A stretch of DNA of 64,000 bases from Dehalococcoidia bacterium (GCA_965197645.1 OZ240219.1:1664001-1728000); one strand, 5' to 3'; positions 19,932 through 29,919 are shown, numbered from the stretch's first letter. Program-made: numbers and translations. Notes: generated by a model from the sequence alone, not told the origin.

Positions 19932-20858
19932 ATGCAAAAGAGCTTCAGCCAGGTCCCCGTTATGGTCTCGGCGGTGCTCGAGGGACTTGACGTCAAGCCT
20001 GGAGGCCGGTATGTCGACTCTACCCTGGGGGAAGGCGGCCACTCGGAAGCCATCCTTCGGGCCGTCCAACCGGACGGTCGAGTGCTGGGCATAGACGCCG
20101 ACTCCTCTGTCGTAGAGGTAGCCAAGGGTAGGCTGCAGCAGTTCGGTCAGTCCTTCCGTGCCGTAGCCGGCAACCACTCCCGCATCGAAGAGATCTGCTC
20201 AAACGAGGACTTCCTTCCGGTTGAGGGAGTCCTCTTTGACCTGGGCGTCTCGTCTTTCCAGCTAGACAGGGCGTTGCGGGGCTTTAGCTTTCAGCGCAAG
20301 GGACCACTGGACATGAGGTTCGACACCGAACAGGCCCTGACCGCCGACGACGTGGTCAACACGTGGCCGGAGCAGGACCTGGCACGGAGCCTGAAGGAGT
20401 ACGGAGAGGAGCCCCGGAGCCGCCGAATCGCCCGGGCCATCGTTTCTGCCCGCCCCATCTCTTCGACCGTGGAGCTGTCCAAGATCGTGCAACGGGAAAT
20501 CCCAGGCGCCGGCAGAAGGACTCACCCTGCAACCAGGACGTTCCAGGCCTTGAGAATCGTCGTGAACCGGGAACTGGACAAGATCGCGAAAGCCCTGGAC
20601 CAGGTGGCCGACCTTCTGATGACCGGAGGGCGATTGGCGGTCATCACCTATCACTCCCTGGAGGCGAGAATCGTCAAGGACTACCTGCGCCGAGAATCGA
20701 AGGACTGCATCTGTGCACCTGAACAGCCTGTATGCACCTGTGACCACAAGGCCACCATGGTAACGATCACCAAGAAGGCCATCGGCCCCGACGCGAGCGA
20801 AATCGAAGCAAATCCCCGCTGCAGAAGCGCCAAGCTTCGAGTGGGCCAGCGAATCTAG
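19932..20858 (+). CDS. rsmH: 16S rRNA m4C1402 methyltransferase
   Basis: DSTLGEGGHS, DLGVSSFQLD, RGFSF, HPATRTFQALRI, NPRCRSAKLR. Confidence 0.96.
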   Translation: MQKSFSQVPVMVSAVLEGLDVKPGGRYVDSTLGEGGHSEAILRAVQPDGRVLGIDADSSVVEVAKGRLQQFGQSFRAVAGNHSRIEEICSNEDFLPVEGVLFDLGVSSFQLDRALRGFSFQRKGPLDMRFDTEQALTADDVVNTWPEQDLARSLKEYGEEPRSRRIARAIVSARPISSTVELSKIVQREIPGAGRRTHPATRTFQALRIVVNRELDKIAKALDQVADLLMTGGRLAVITYHSLEARIVKDYLRRESKDCICAPEQPVCTCDHKATMVTITKKAIGPDASEIEANPRCRSAKLRVGQRI

Positions 20859-20890
20859 ATGGACTTCCGGGAACGGAAGGGAGGGGCGTA

Positions 20891-22171
20891 GTGCCGGGAC
20901 CGAAGATGGTGGCGTCAATAGACGTTGGCACCACCAAGGTGTGCTCCGTCCTAGCGAGGTTGGAATGGGACGGAAAGTTGGAGGTCCTCGGTGTCAGCAC
21001 CATTCCTTCGGAGGGTCTGTGGAAAGGCGAAGTCGTCGACGTAGAGGAGGCCTCCAGATCGATACGCAAGTCGGTGGAAGAGCTGCATGAGACGTGCGGC
21101 ATCCCCTTAACATCGGCCTACGTCGGCATAACGGGCAGCCACGTCTCCTGCGTCAACAACCGGGGCCTGGTTGGCAGCTCTCGAAACTTTCGCTACTTCT
21201 CCTCGGGGCCGGTCAACAGGACATTGGAGGAGGCCCGTTACAGCAGCATGACGCCGGATACCGAGGTGCTGCACGTAATTCCCCGGGCCTACCACCTGGA
21301 CGGTCATCGCCGGCCGGGCAGCCCCTACGGTGTTCGGGGCCACAATCTGGAGATGGAAACTCACGTGATCACCGGAGCGGTGAACCGGATTAAGCTCCTG
21401 GTAGAGAGCGTCCAGAACGCTGGAGTACAGGTGAAGGGCCTGGTCCTGGAGCCCCTGGCCAGCAGCCAGGCCGTGTTGACCAGAGAAGAGCAGGAAGTAG
21501 GGGTGATTCTGGCGGACATCGGAGGCGGTTCTACGGACGTGGCCGCCTTCATCGAAGGGACCATCTGGGACACATCGGTGATCCCGGTAGGCGGCAATCA
21601 CGTCACCGGCGACCTTGCGGCATGGCTGGACACCGAACCTCAGCAGGCGGAGAGGATCAAGATAAAGCACGGCCACGCCATGCCGGGACAGGTAGACCCA
21701 GAGGAAAGGGTCCCATTATCCGGTACATCCGAGTCGGATGCTGAGCCGGTCTATCGCCGGGAGCTCTGCGAGGTGATCAGGGACAGGATGGAAGAAACGT
21801 TGCAGCTGATAGGCCAACGAGTCAGGGCAGCAGGAATGAAGGAGGGGCCGGCGGGCGGGCTGGTCCTGACGGGAGGGACGTCAAACCTGCCGGGCATCGA
21901 GACCCTGGCCAAACAGGTCCTCGATATGCCGGTGAGGGTAGGCAGGCCTACACTGCTGGAAGGAGCCCCGGCCAGCCTCCGGGACCCGGCCTTTGCCACC
22001 AGCATGGGCATCATAATCTGGAAGCTGGTCCACGAAGACGGCGAGAGCAAGCTGGACCGGCTGGGTTTCACCAACTACTTCAACAACTTCAGCAAGCGGA
22101 TGCTCTCTCGGGTCGAGGCGCCCGTGAACGGTCATTTCCCCGCTCATTTCGAGCCTGAAGCACAGGTCTAG
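20891..22171 (+). CDS. ftsA: Cell division protein FtsA
   Basis: IDVGTTKV, LEPLASS, DIGGGSTD, GGNHVT.DL, LTGG. Confidence 0.93.
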   Translation: MPGPKMVASIDVGTTKVCSVLARLEWDGKLEVLGVSTIPSEGLWKGEVVDVEEASRSIRKSVEELHETCGIPLTSAYVGITGSHVSCVNNRGLVGSSRNFRYFSSGPVNRTLEEARYSSMTPDTEVLHVIPRAYHLDGHRRPGSPYGVRGHNLEMETHVITGAVNRIKLLVESVQNAGVQVKGLVLEPLASSQAVLTREEQEVGVILADIGGGSTDVAAFIEGTIWDTSVIPVGGNHVTGDLAAWLDTEPQQAERIKIKHGHAMPGQVDPEERVPLSGTSESDAEPVYRRELCEVIRDRMEETLQLIGQRVRAAGMKEGPAGGLVLTGGTSNLPGIETLAKQVLDMPVRVGRPTLLEGAPASLRDPAFATSMGIIIWKLVHEDGESKLDRLGFTNYFNNFSKRMLSRVEAPVNGHFPAHFEPEAQV

Positions 22172-22205
22172 CAGGTATTAGAGGGGAAGGGAAAGGAGCG
22201 GACCA

Positions 22206-23336
22206 GTGACGACGAACAATATGAGGTCTACGGAGGTCAATATCGTGATCATGGGTGTTGGTGGCGGAGGCTCTAATGCCGTCTCGCGCATGGTCAAAGG
22301 TAGGGCGGAAAGCACCCAGCTGTGTTGCCTCAACACCGATGTCCAGGCCCTGGAGAACATGGACGTGACCCGCAAGATCCCCATAGGGCAACGGCTCACC
22401 AAGGGCCTGGGGGCCGGCGGCGACCCTGATCTGGGTCGACAGTCGGCGGAGGAGAGCAAGGCCGAGATCCTCAAGGCGATACAGGGCGCCGACATAGTGT
22501 TCGTCGCCGCCGGAATGGGCGGTGGAACGGGTACTGGCGCCGCACCGGTAGTAGCCCGGCTCGCCAAGGATGCCGGCGCCCTGACCATCGCCGTCGTCAC
22601 CAAGCCTTTCAGCTTCGAGGGACAGAAACGCCGCCGGCTGGCCGACGCGGGCATCAAGGCCCTCACAAAAAGGGTGGACACCATCGTTACCATCAGCAAC
22701 GATCGCCTGCTGGAGATGTGCGACTCAAACGTCTCGATGATGGGCGCTTTGGCAATGGCCGACGATGTCCTGGCCCAGGGCATACGGGCCATCTCCGACG
22801 TGATCACCGTCGCCGGCGAGATCAATGTGGACTTCGCCGACGTCCGCTCCATCATGACCGACTCCGGTCGAGCCCTGATGGCCATCGGTACCGGCAAGGG
22901 CGTCAACAGGGTCAAAGAGGCCACCCACGCCGTTCTATCGTCACCGTTGCTCGATACCCCGATCAAGGGAGCCACGGGCGTTCTCTTCGACATCACCGGC
23001 GGCGACGATCTTACCCTCGTCGAGGTCAACAGAGTGGCCCAGCTCATAGGCGAAGCCGTCAACCCCGAGGCGGAGAAGATTTTCGGCGTGCTCACTGACA
23101 AGAAGTTGGACGGCTTCCTCAGGATCACGCTGATAGCCACCGGCCTCGGTGCAGATGGCGCCGGCCGGTCCTCCAACGAGGACTACCGCAAGGGGTCCAC
23201 CGCCGAACGCAACGGTCGTTACTCCCTGGCCGGGGAGCCGGCGCTGTCGTCGAACCGGGAAGGGTTCAACCTGGATATACCAACTTTCCTCAGGCGCAAG
23301 GGCGGCGACAAGGTGAGGGAGCAGTCCCTTCCCTGA
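22206..23336 (+). CDS. ftsZ: Cell division protein FtsZ
   Basis: GVGGGGSNA, NTD, GMGGGTGTG, INVDFADV, C-terminal LDIPTFLR. Confidence 0.97.
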   Translation: MTTNNMRSTEVNIVIMGVGGGGSNAVSRMVKGRAESTQLCCLNTDVQALENMDVTRKIPIGQRLTKGLGAGGDPDLGRQSAEESKAEILKAIQGADIVFVAAGMGGGTGTGAAPVVARLAKDAGALTIAVVTKPFSFEGQKRRRLADAGIKALTKRVDTIVTISNDRLLEMCDSNVSMMGALAMADDVLAQGIRAISDVITVAGEINVDFADVRSIMTDSGRALMAIGTGKGVNRVKEATHAVLSSPLLDTPIKGATGVLFDITGGDDLTLVEVNRVAQLIGEAVNPEAEKIFGVLTDKKLDGFLRITLIATGLGADGAGRSSNEDYRKGSTAERNGRYSLAGEPALSSNREGFNLDIPTFLRRKGGDKVREQSLP

Positions 23337-23418
23337 GAAACCCGTTCTAACCTAGGGACGGATACCGGCTCCCCTTTCCTCCCGAAAGGCCCCCTGGAAA
23401 ACCCCGGGTTCGTGGTCA

Positions 23419-23454
23419 GGCTCCGATGGCACACCCAGCTGTCGGAGCCCTTTT
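23419..23454 (+). terminator. Rho-independent terminator candidate after ftsZ
   Basis: 12-bp stem GGCTCCGATGGC/GCTGTCGGAGCC followed by CTTTT. Confidence 0.55.
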
Positions 23455-23577
23455 GCGCACCCCTTTTTTTCAGCCTGCTGGAAACCCGGGACCATGGGCG
23501 GCCCCGACGGTGCCCCGCACCGTCGAGGTCGTTCTATACACATCTTAATTCCCCTCCGAAATTCATGTACAATTGTA

Positions 23578-23631
23578 TTGACACACCCACTATCTTGTGG
23601 TAATTTCACTCGGCAACACAATATATTGTGG
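23578..23631 (+). promoter_or_regulatory. Promoter overlapped by tandem NrdR boxes
   Basis: TTGACA(23578)-17 nt-TAATTT; boxes ACCCACTATCTTGTGG (23585) and ACACAATATATTGTGG (23616), 31 bp apart. Confidence 0.88.
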
Positions 23632-23660
23632 TTGAAACCCTCTACCAAAGACTGCTTATC

Positions 23661-24209
23661 ATGAGATGCCCGTTCTGCGACAACGAAGATTCCAAGGTTA
23701 TCGACTCCCGTGACGTCGACAACGCCATAAGGCGTCGCAGGCAGTGTCATCGCTGTGGTCTTCGCTTCACAACCCTGGAGCGGATTCAGGCCGCCATCAT
23801 GTCCCTGATTAAGAAGGACGGCCGTCGGGAGGAGTACAACCGGGGCAAGCTGGCAGCCGGCATTCGAAAGGCGTGTGCCAAGCGCTCGTTGCCCACTGGC
23901 ACCATAGAGAAAGTGGTGGACGACATCGAGGCGGACCTGCAAAAGCTGAGCAAAGCCGAAGTCCCCAGCGGCATCGTCGGTGAAATGGTAATGAACCATC
24001 TGAGAAAACTGGACAGGGTGGCTTACATCCGGTTCGCCAGCGTTTACAGAGACTTCTCCGATGCCGAGACCTTCAAGGTAGAGGTGGACTCGTTGCTCGA
24101 GACCGGAAAAGGAGAGACGACGCCCTCGGCTCAGTTGCCCCTCATGCTGGAGGAAGATAGGGCCTCCATTCGGCCCAGACAGCGCCGGCGTAAGAAACCC
24201 ACCAGCTAG
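23661..24209 (+). CDS. nrdR: Transcriptional repressor NrdR
   Basis: MRCPFC..SKVIDSR..IRRRRQC..C..RFTTLE; VAYIRFASVY. Confidence 0.97.
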   Translation: MRCPFCDNEDSKVIDSRDVDNAIRRRRQCHRCGLRFTTLERIQAAIMSLIKKDGRREEYNRGKLAAGIRKACAKRSLPTGTIEKVVDDIEADLQKLSKAEVPSGIVGEMVMNHLRKLDRVAYIRFASVYRDFSDAETFKVEVDSLLETGKGETTPSAQLPLMLEEDRASIRPRQRRRKKPTS

Positions 24210-24337
24210 CCGGGGCCGAGACCTTCCCTTGCGACATTCGGGTCTCAGCGTTGATTTCCGGCCCTGACGCCAACCGGAACCAGGGCGCTAACAATTTACA
24301 GGACAATACACAAGTTTCTAGAAAGCAAACCGGAATC

Positions 24338-26734
24338 ATGGCAACTCTCCGCACAGACAAGCAGACCATAAAGAGCCCTCATTACAGGAGGGTTCGTGGT
24401 CTGCGTGCGGAAATGAAGACTCAGGGGCACGATAGCGGCCCAGATGTATCGGCGAACGCCATGGCGGTCCTCAAGCGGCGCTACCTCACCAAGGACATCA
24501 AGGGCGTCGTCACCGAGGAGCCGGAGCAGCTTTACCGCCGGGTAGCCGGAAACATCGCCGAGGGGGATGTAGAGTTCGGTGCGTCGATGTCACAGGTGGA
24601 GGCTCTGGCCGAACGTTTCTACCAGATGATGGCCCGCAGAGAGTTCATGCCCAACTCTCCCACGCTGATGAACGCGGGAAGAGAGCTGCAGCAGCTCTCG
24701 GCCTGCTTCGTGCTGCCGGTCCCCGACTCCATGGAAGACATCTTCGAGGCCGCCAAGTACACCGCTATCATCCACAAAAGCGGCGGCGGGACCGGTTTCG
24801 CCTTTTCCAACCTCAGGCCGGAGATGGACAGGGTCGGATCCACCGGCGGCATCGCCAGCGGGCCCGTATCCTTCATCCGCATATTTGATACCGCTACCGA
24901 TGTGGTCAAGCAGGGCGGCACGCGACGGGGCGCCAACATGGCCATCCTGGACGTGACCCACCCCGATATTCTCCGGTTCGTCCATTCCAAAGACGACGAT
25001 AAGTCCCTTCAGAACTTCAACATCTCCGTGGCCGTCACTGAGGACTTCATGGAAGCGGTCGACAAGGGCGGAGACTACGATCTGATCAATCCCCGCACCC
25101 GGGAGACGGTCGACAGCCTGAACGCCACCGAAGTTTTCGAAGAGCTGGTGCAAAGCGCCTGGAAGACTGGTGACCCGGGCATCGTTTTCATGGACCGGAT
25201 GAACGAACCGCACTCCAACCCGGTGCCCAAGCGAGGGCCCATCCAGGCGACCAACCCCTGCGGCGAGCAGCCCCTCTATCCATACGACTCGTGCAACCTG
25301 GGGTCGATCAATCTCGCCGCCTTCGTGGTGGACACAGGTGAGGAGCCAACCCTCGACTGGGACGGGCTGAGGGAGTCCTGCAAGCTCGCCGTCCACTTCC
25401 TGGATAACGTGGTAAGCCAGAACCGGTACCCCATCCCCCAGATAGAAGATACCTCCAAGCGTATACGACGTATCGGACTGGGGGTTATGGGCTGGGCTGA
25501 CCTGCTCATCCAGCTGGGCATCCCGTACGACTCCCAAGAGGCTTTAGACCTGGGCGAACGGGTGATGCAGTTCATAAGCACCGTGGCGACGGACGCATCC
25601 CAGGAACTGGCGGGAGAACGAGGCAGCTTCCCGGACTGGGAAGACTCGGTGTACGGGCCGGATGGCAGCCTGGACAATAGGTCGATGAGGAACTCGACCC
25701 GCACGACCATCGCGCCCACGGGTACCATCAGCATAATCGCCAACTGCTCCAGCGGAATCGAGCCCCTCTTCGCTCTGAGCTACGCAAGACACGTCATGGA
25801 CGGCACGCGGCTGGTCGAGGTCAACCCCTATTTCGAGTCGGTTGCCAAGCGGGAAGGGTTCTACAGCCCCAGCCTGATGGAAGAGCTGGCGGAGCGGGGC
25901 AGCATCCGGGGCGTCGAAGAAGTACCCGAGTGGGTGCAGGAGATCTTCGTTACGTCCCACGATATCGAACCGGAATGGCACGTGAAGATGCAAGCCGCTT
26001 TCCAGAGGCATACGGACAACGCCGTATCCAAGACGGTGAACTTCCCCCACGACGCCACGGAAGACGACGTACGAGAAGTCTACATGCTAGCGTACCGGGA
26101 AGGCTGTAAAGGCGTCACCATCTACCGGGACGGGAGCAAGAGCGAGCAGGTGCTCAATATTGGTCATACGGAAAAGGTCAACGGCGACCAGCCAGCCTCG
26201 GAAGCTCAGAACGGGCCGGTGCCGCGCAAACGACCGCAAGTGGTGCACGGGGTGACTGAGAAGGTGCACACCGGACACGGCAACATGTACGTGACCATAA
26301 ACTTCGATGAGGAAAAGAGACCCTTTGAGCTGTTTGCCAATTTAGGCAAGGCCGGAGGATGTGACTCGGCCCAGTTGGAGGCTATCACGAGGCTGATATC
26401 GCTGAGTCTTCGGGCCGGCATAGACCCGAACCAGATCATCGATCACATGCGCGGCATAACCTGTTGCCCGGTGTTCAACGGCGGAGGCGAGATGGTCAGG
26501 TCCAGCCCCGACGGAGTTGCCCTGGTCCTGAGCCGGCATAGCCGGGAGAGCGAGTTCGGCGCAGGATTTGGAAATCAGACCTTGGTTGCCCAGCCCAGCC
26601 TTTTCGAGCATGTCGAGGCAAAAACCAATGGGAAAAGCGAGTTCTTGGGTCGTTGCAAAGAGTGCAACAGCACGCTGGTCTACCAGGAAGGTTGCGTAAT
26701 GTGCCCGGGTTGCGGGTACAACAAATGTGGGTAA
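24338..26734 (+). CDS. nrdJ: Class II (adenosylcobalamin-dependent) ribonucleotide reductase
   Basis: PNSPTLMNAG, SACFV, RRGANM, TNPCGEQ, TIAPTGT; C-terminal TSCPD-type domain and Zn ribbon; start uncertain. Confidence 0.93.
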   Translation: MATLRTDKQTIKSPHYRRVRGLRAEMKTQGHDSGPDVSANAMAVLKRRYLTKDIKGVVTEEPEQLYRRVAGNIAEGDVEFGASMSQVEALAERFYQMMARREFMPNSPTLMNAGRELQQLSACFVLPVPDSMEDIFEAAKYTAIIHKSGGGTGFAFSNLRPEMDRVGSTGGIASGPVSFIRIFDTATDVVKQGGTRRGANMAILDVTHPDILRFVHSKDDDKSLQNFNISVAVTEDFMEAVDKGGDYDLINPRTRETVDSLNATEVFEELVQSAWKTGDPGIVFMDRMNEPHSNPVPKRGPIQATNPCGEQPLYPYDSCNLGSINLAAFVVDTGEEPTLDWDGLRESCKLAVHFLDNVVSQNRYPIPQIEDTSKRIRRIGLGVMGWADLLIQLGIPYDSQEALDLGERVMQFISTVATDASQELAGERGSFPDWEDSVYGPDGSLDNRSMRNSTRTTIAPTGTISIIANCSSGIEPLFALSYARHVMDGTRLVEVNPYFESVAKREGFYSPSLMEELAERGSIRGVEEVPEWVQEIFVTSHDIEPEWHVKMQAAFQRHTDNAVSKTVNFPHDATEDDVREVYMLAYREGCKGVTIYRDGSKSEQVLNIGHTEKVNGDQPASEAQNGPVPRKRPQVVHGVTEKVHTGHGNMYVTINFDEEKRPFELFANLGKAGGCDSAQLEAITRLISLSLRAGIDPNQIIDHMRGITCCPVFNGGGEMVRSSPDGVALVLSRHSRESEFGAGFGNQTLVAQPSLFEHVEAKTNGKSEFLGRCKECNSTLVYQEGCVMCPGCGYNKCG

Positions 26735-27096
26735 ATATGAAAAACTGCCTGACGGCTCGTCTAGGCGAGCCGCCTTAACAAATTTGTAAGTAACCGGGGA
26801 GGGTTCCACCCCGGAACCGTCCCGAGCTACTCGGGCGCCTCCCCGCTTACTTGACCCCGTGCGCTGCTCCTCCCAGCGCACGTCTCCTCGGGCACCCTAG
26901 GGCGCCACCTCCCCCCAGGGTGCCCACCCTTTTGTCCGGGATTACCTGGATAGCCCCCCTCAGGTTACTGAACGAGTGAACTACCTAGATAGCCCGGTGA
27001 TAGGCTGGTATAATCTACTACTGCCTTCTTCATCGCACAAGGGGGCCTTGTTCGCACAGGGCTTTAGCACGGGTCTATAACCCCAAGGAGACGTAG

Positions 27097-27897
27097 ATTA
27101 AAGTATCGTTCATTGGCGGCGGCCTTATGGCCGAAGCCATCATCAAAGGAGTCCTGGACAGTCGGATAGCGCAGGCCAACGAGATCGTCGCCAGTGACCC
27201 CGACACTTCTCGCCGGGACCTTCTCTCGAGTAGGTACGGAGTCGAAGCCACCACCAGCAACACCGAGGCGTTAAGCTCAGGAGAGATCACGGTGCTGGCG
27301 GTTAAACCCCAGACCCTATCCCAGGTCTTTTCTGACCTGGAGGGCCAGTCAAATGACGGCAGGGTGGTCCTGTCCATAGCCGCCGGGGTGAAGCTGGATA
27401 CCATCAGGAGCGGGCTGCGACACGACCTCCTGGTTCGGGCTATGCCCAACACTCCCGCCAGGATAGGCCGCGGCATCACGATGTGGACCGCTACCGAAGG
27501 GGTCGATTCCCGGGGCAAGGAGGCCTGTTCCGCGGTGCTTCGAGCCCTGGGCGAAGAGGTATACGTAGACGACGAAAAGTACCTTGACATGGCCACCGCT
27601 CTGAGCGGCAGCGGCCCGGCCTACGTCTTTACGTTTATCGAGGCGTTGATAGACGCCGGCGTCCACATGGGCCTGGCACGAGAGATCTCACAAAAGCTGG
27701 TCCTGGAAACGGTGCTTGGCTCGGCTGCTCTGGTCAAGGAGATGGACGCTCATCCCGCGGTGCTGAGAAATATGGTCACCTCGCCGGGGGGTACAACCGC
27801 CGAGGCCTTACTGGCGTTGGAAGAAGGCGGCCTTAGAAACACCTTGATGCAGGCTGTACTGGCCGCGTATCGGAAGTCCCAGGGCCTAGGTAGGTAA
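27097..27897 (+). CDS. proC: Pyrroline-5-carboxylate reductase, probable ATT start
   Basis: LAVKPQ, RAMPNTP, ALSGSGPAY, VTSPGGTT; the nucleotide-binding KVSFIGGGLMA lies upstream of the ATG at 27127. Confidence 0.92.
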   Translation: MKVSFIGGGLMAEAIIKGVLDSRIAQANEIVASDPDTSRRDLLSSRYGVEATTSNTEALSSGEITVLAVKPQTLSQVFSDLEGQSNDGRVVLSIAAGVKLDTIRSGLRHDLLVRAMPNTPARIGRGITMWTATEGVDSRGKEACSAVLRALGEEVYVDDEKYLDMATALSGSGPAYVFTFIEALIDAGVHMGLAREISQKLVLETVLGSAALVKEMDAHPAVLRNMVTSPGGTTAEALLALEEGGLRNTLMQAVLAAYRKSQGLGR

Positions 27898-27899
27898 TC

Positions 27900-28160
27900 T
27901 TGATAGTACAGATAATATCAATACTAATTCAACTCCTATCTTGGGCGATCATCGCCAGGATAGTCCTGGCCTGGCTCCCCGGCACCTTCCCGCCAGACGG
28001 ACAGATTATGCGGTTCCTGTTCAGTATCACGGAGCCGATCCTGGCCCCGATTCGAAGGTTGGTGCACAAAGGCGGCGGCGCCTTCGATCTGAGCCCGATG
28101 ATCGCCATCGTCCTGCTGTTTGTCATATCCCTGATGCTGGGCGGTGGCGGCCTCTTCTAG
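27900..28160 (+). CDS. yggT: YggT-family membrane protein
   Basis: ITEPILAPIRRL, FDLSPMIA. Confidence 0.88.
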   Translation: MIVQIISILIQLLSWAIIARIVLAWLPGTFPPDGQIMRFLFSITEPILAPIRRLVHKGGGAFDLSPMIAIVLLFVISLMLGGGGLF

Positions 28161-28277
28161 CTTTCAGGCAACCCGGCCCGCGAGTCAGCTCCTGCGCAGG
28201 CCTCCGAAGGGTTGACAACCGGCGGCCCGATTCATTAGCTTCTTTCTTAGTTTTGCCGCTGTTCAGGGGGAGCGTGG

Positions 28278-29144
28278 ATGCCCAGAGTCGCCGTTGTAAC
28301 CGATAGCACGGCGTGCATTCCCAGGAATCTGGTTGAGCAGTACGGCATAGGGATCGTGCCTGTTACCTTCCTGTTCGGCGATACCACCTACATCGATGAT
28401 CCCGACACGGACATCCAGGAGTTCTACCATCGATTGCGGACCGAGAAGACCGTCCCCACCACCTCCCCCGCGTCGCCTGGAGCGTACCTGGAGGCGTATG
28501 AAAAACTGAGGTGCCAGTGTGAGGCCATACTCTGCGTAACGGTGGCATCGCGGGTGAGCGGTATGTACCAGGCGGCCCGCATAGCCAAGGACATGGCGGC
28601 GGATACACTTCCGGATACCTGCATCGAAGTGCTGGACTCGGAGACTGCGTCAATGGCCCAGGGGTTCATGGTACTTGCCGCCGCTCGGGCGGCCGCGGAA
28701 GGCAAATCGGTGCGCGAGGTCATGGCCGCTGCCAGAGCGGTGCAGTCCCAAGTGGAGCTGGTGGCGGTGGTCGACACCCTGGACTACCTGGCGAAGAGCG
28801 GACGGATCCCGAAGGCAGGGGCGTGGGCCGGGTCTCTCGTAGGGCTGAAGCCGGTCCTCTCCATAAAAGATGGCAGGATCAGGCTCAAGTCTGCATCACG
28901 GAGCATGCAGAAGGCGGCGGCGGGGATGGTGAAGAGCCTCGGAGAACGCTCAGATGGCAAAGGAGGCCTGCGTGTCTCGGTGATCCATGCCGACGTCCCG
29001 GACCTGGCTGAGCAGTTGCAGCAGAGGGTGGTACAGAAGGTGGACTGCGCCGAGATTCTCGTGGCTCGGTTCAGTCCTGTGATGGGGCTGTATACGGGGC
29101 CAGGTGTGCTGGGCCTTGTCTACTATAACGAACGGCGGAACTGA
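28278..29144 (+). CDS. DegV-family fatty acid-binding protein
   Basis: VAVVTDST, PTTSPASPG, DSETASMAQG, LDYLAKSGRI, GPG. Confidence 0.92.
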   Translation: MPRVAVVTDSTACIPRNLVEQYGIGIVPVTFLFGDTTYIDDPDTDIQEFYHRLRTEKTVPTTSPASPGAYLEAYEKLRCQCEAILCVTVASRVSGMYQAARIAKDMAADTLPDTCIEVLDSETASMAQGFMVLAAARAAAEGKSVREVMAAARAVQSQVELVAVVDTLDYLAKSGRIPKAGAWAGSLVGLKPVLSIKDGRIRLKSASRSMQKAAAGMVKSLGERSDGKGGLRVSVIHADVPDLAEQLQQRVVQKVDCAEILVARFSPVMGLYTGPGVLGLVYYNERRN

Positions 29145-29168
29145 GGATAGGGGCGGCATCTCACTCTT

Positions 29169-29858
29169 ATGCTGAAGGCACTTTTTCTCATAGTGGCCTA
29201 TCTCTACGGCTCGCTGCCCGTGGTGGAGTATCTGGCTAAACGCGAGGGGATAGACCTGCGCGAAGTGGGCACAGGGAAGGTCGGTTCAGGCAATCTGTGG
29301 CAGACTACCGGCGCCATGAACGGAATGATAGGAGGGCTGGCAGACCTCTCCAAGGGTGCGTTGCCCTTCATAGTAGCCAGGATGCTGGGGTTCGGGTCGA
29401 TGGTGGCCGGCCTGGCGTCGGTGGCCGGGCTGGCGGGCCAGATGTGGCCGCCGGGCCGAAGCTCCGGCGGCGGACGAGGCAACAGCGCGGCCCTTGGACT
29501 GGCCCTGGTGCTGAGCCCTCGAGCCTTCCTCATGTCCATTACACCCATGCTGGCGGGAGGCGCCATCTGGAGTCTGCCGGTGGTTTCTCAACGTCACCTA
29601 CCCTGGAAAAAGCGGATGCAGTTTCGAAGGTCCATGAGTCAGGCCATTCCCCTGGGCATGATCGCCGGCTGGGCCGGCCTGCCCCTCTTTGCCTGGATGC
29701 TTCGAGAGCCGCGCCCGGTAGTAAAGGCGTGCTTTATCGCATCCCTACTTCTGCTCATTCGGAGGGCTACGGGCGGACTGGAAGACGACCTTGGTTCCGG
29801 TGAGGGCCTGAGAACCCGGATGCTAAATCGGGTGCTGTACGATCGGCCCAACCGATAA
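29169..29858 (+). CDS. plsY: Glycerol-3-phosphate acyltransferase PlsY-like (divergent)
   Basis: AYLYGSLP, DLREVGTG.VG..N, D.SKG, GGGRG. Confidence 0.75.
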   Translation: MLKALFLIVAYLYGSLPVVEYLAKREGIDLREVGTGKVGSGNLWQTTGAMNGMIGGLADLSKGALPFIVARMLGFGSMVAGLASVAGLAGQMWPPGRSSGGGRGNSAALGLALVLSPRAFLMSITPMLAGGAIWSLPVVSQRHLPWKKRMQFRRSMSQAIPLGMIAGWAGLPLFAWMLREPRPVVKACFIASLLLLIRRATGGLEDDLGSGEGLRTRMLNRVLYDRPNR

Positions 29859-29919
29859 TGGGCCCGTCAGTCCGCTTTGCGCAAACCGGCGCCTGCGCCT
29901 ATAATTGACGTAGGCGCCG

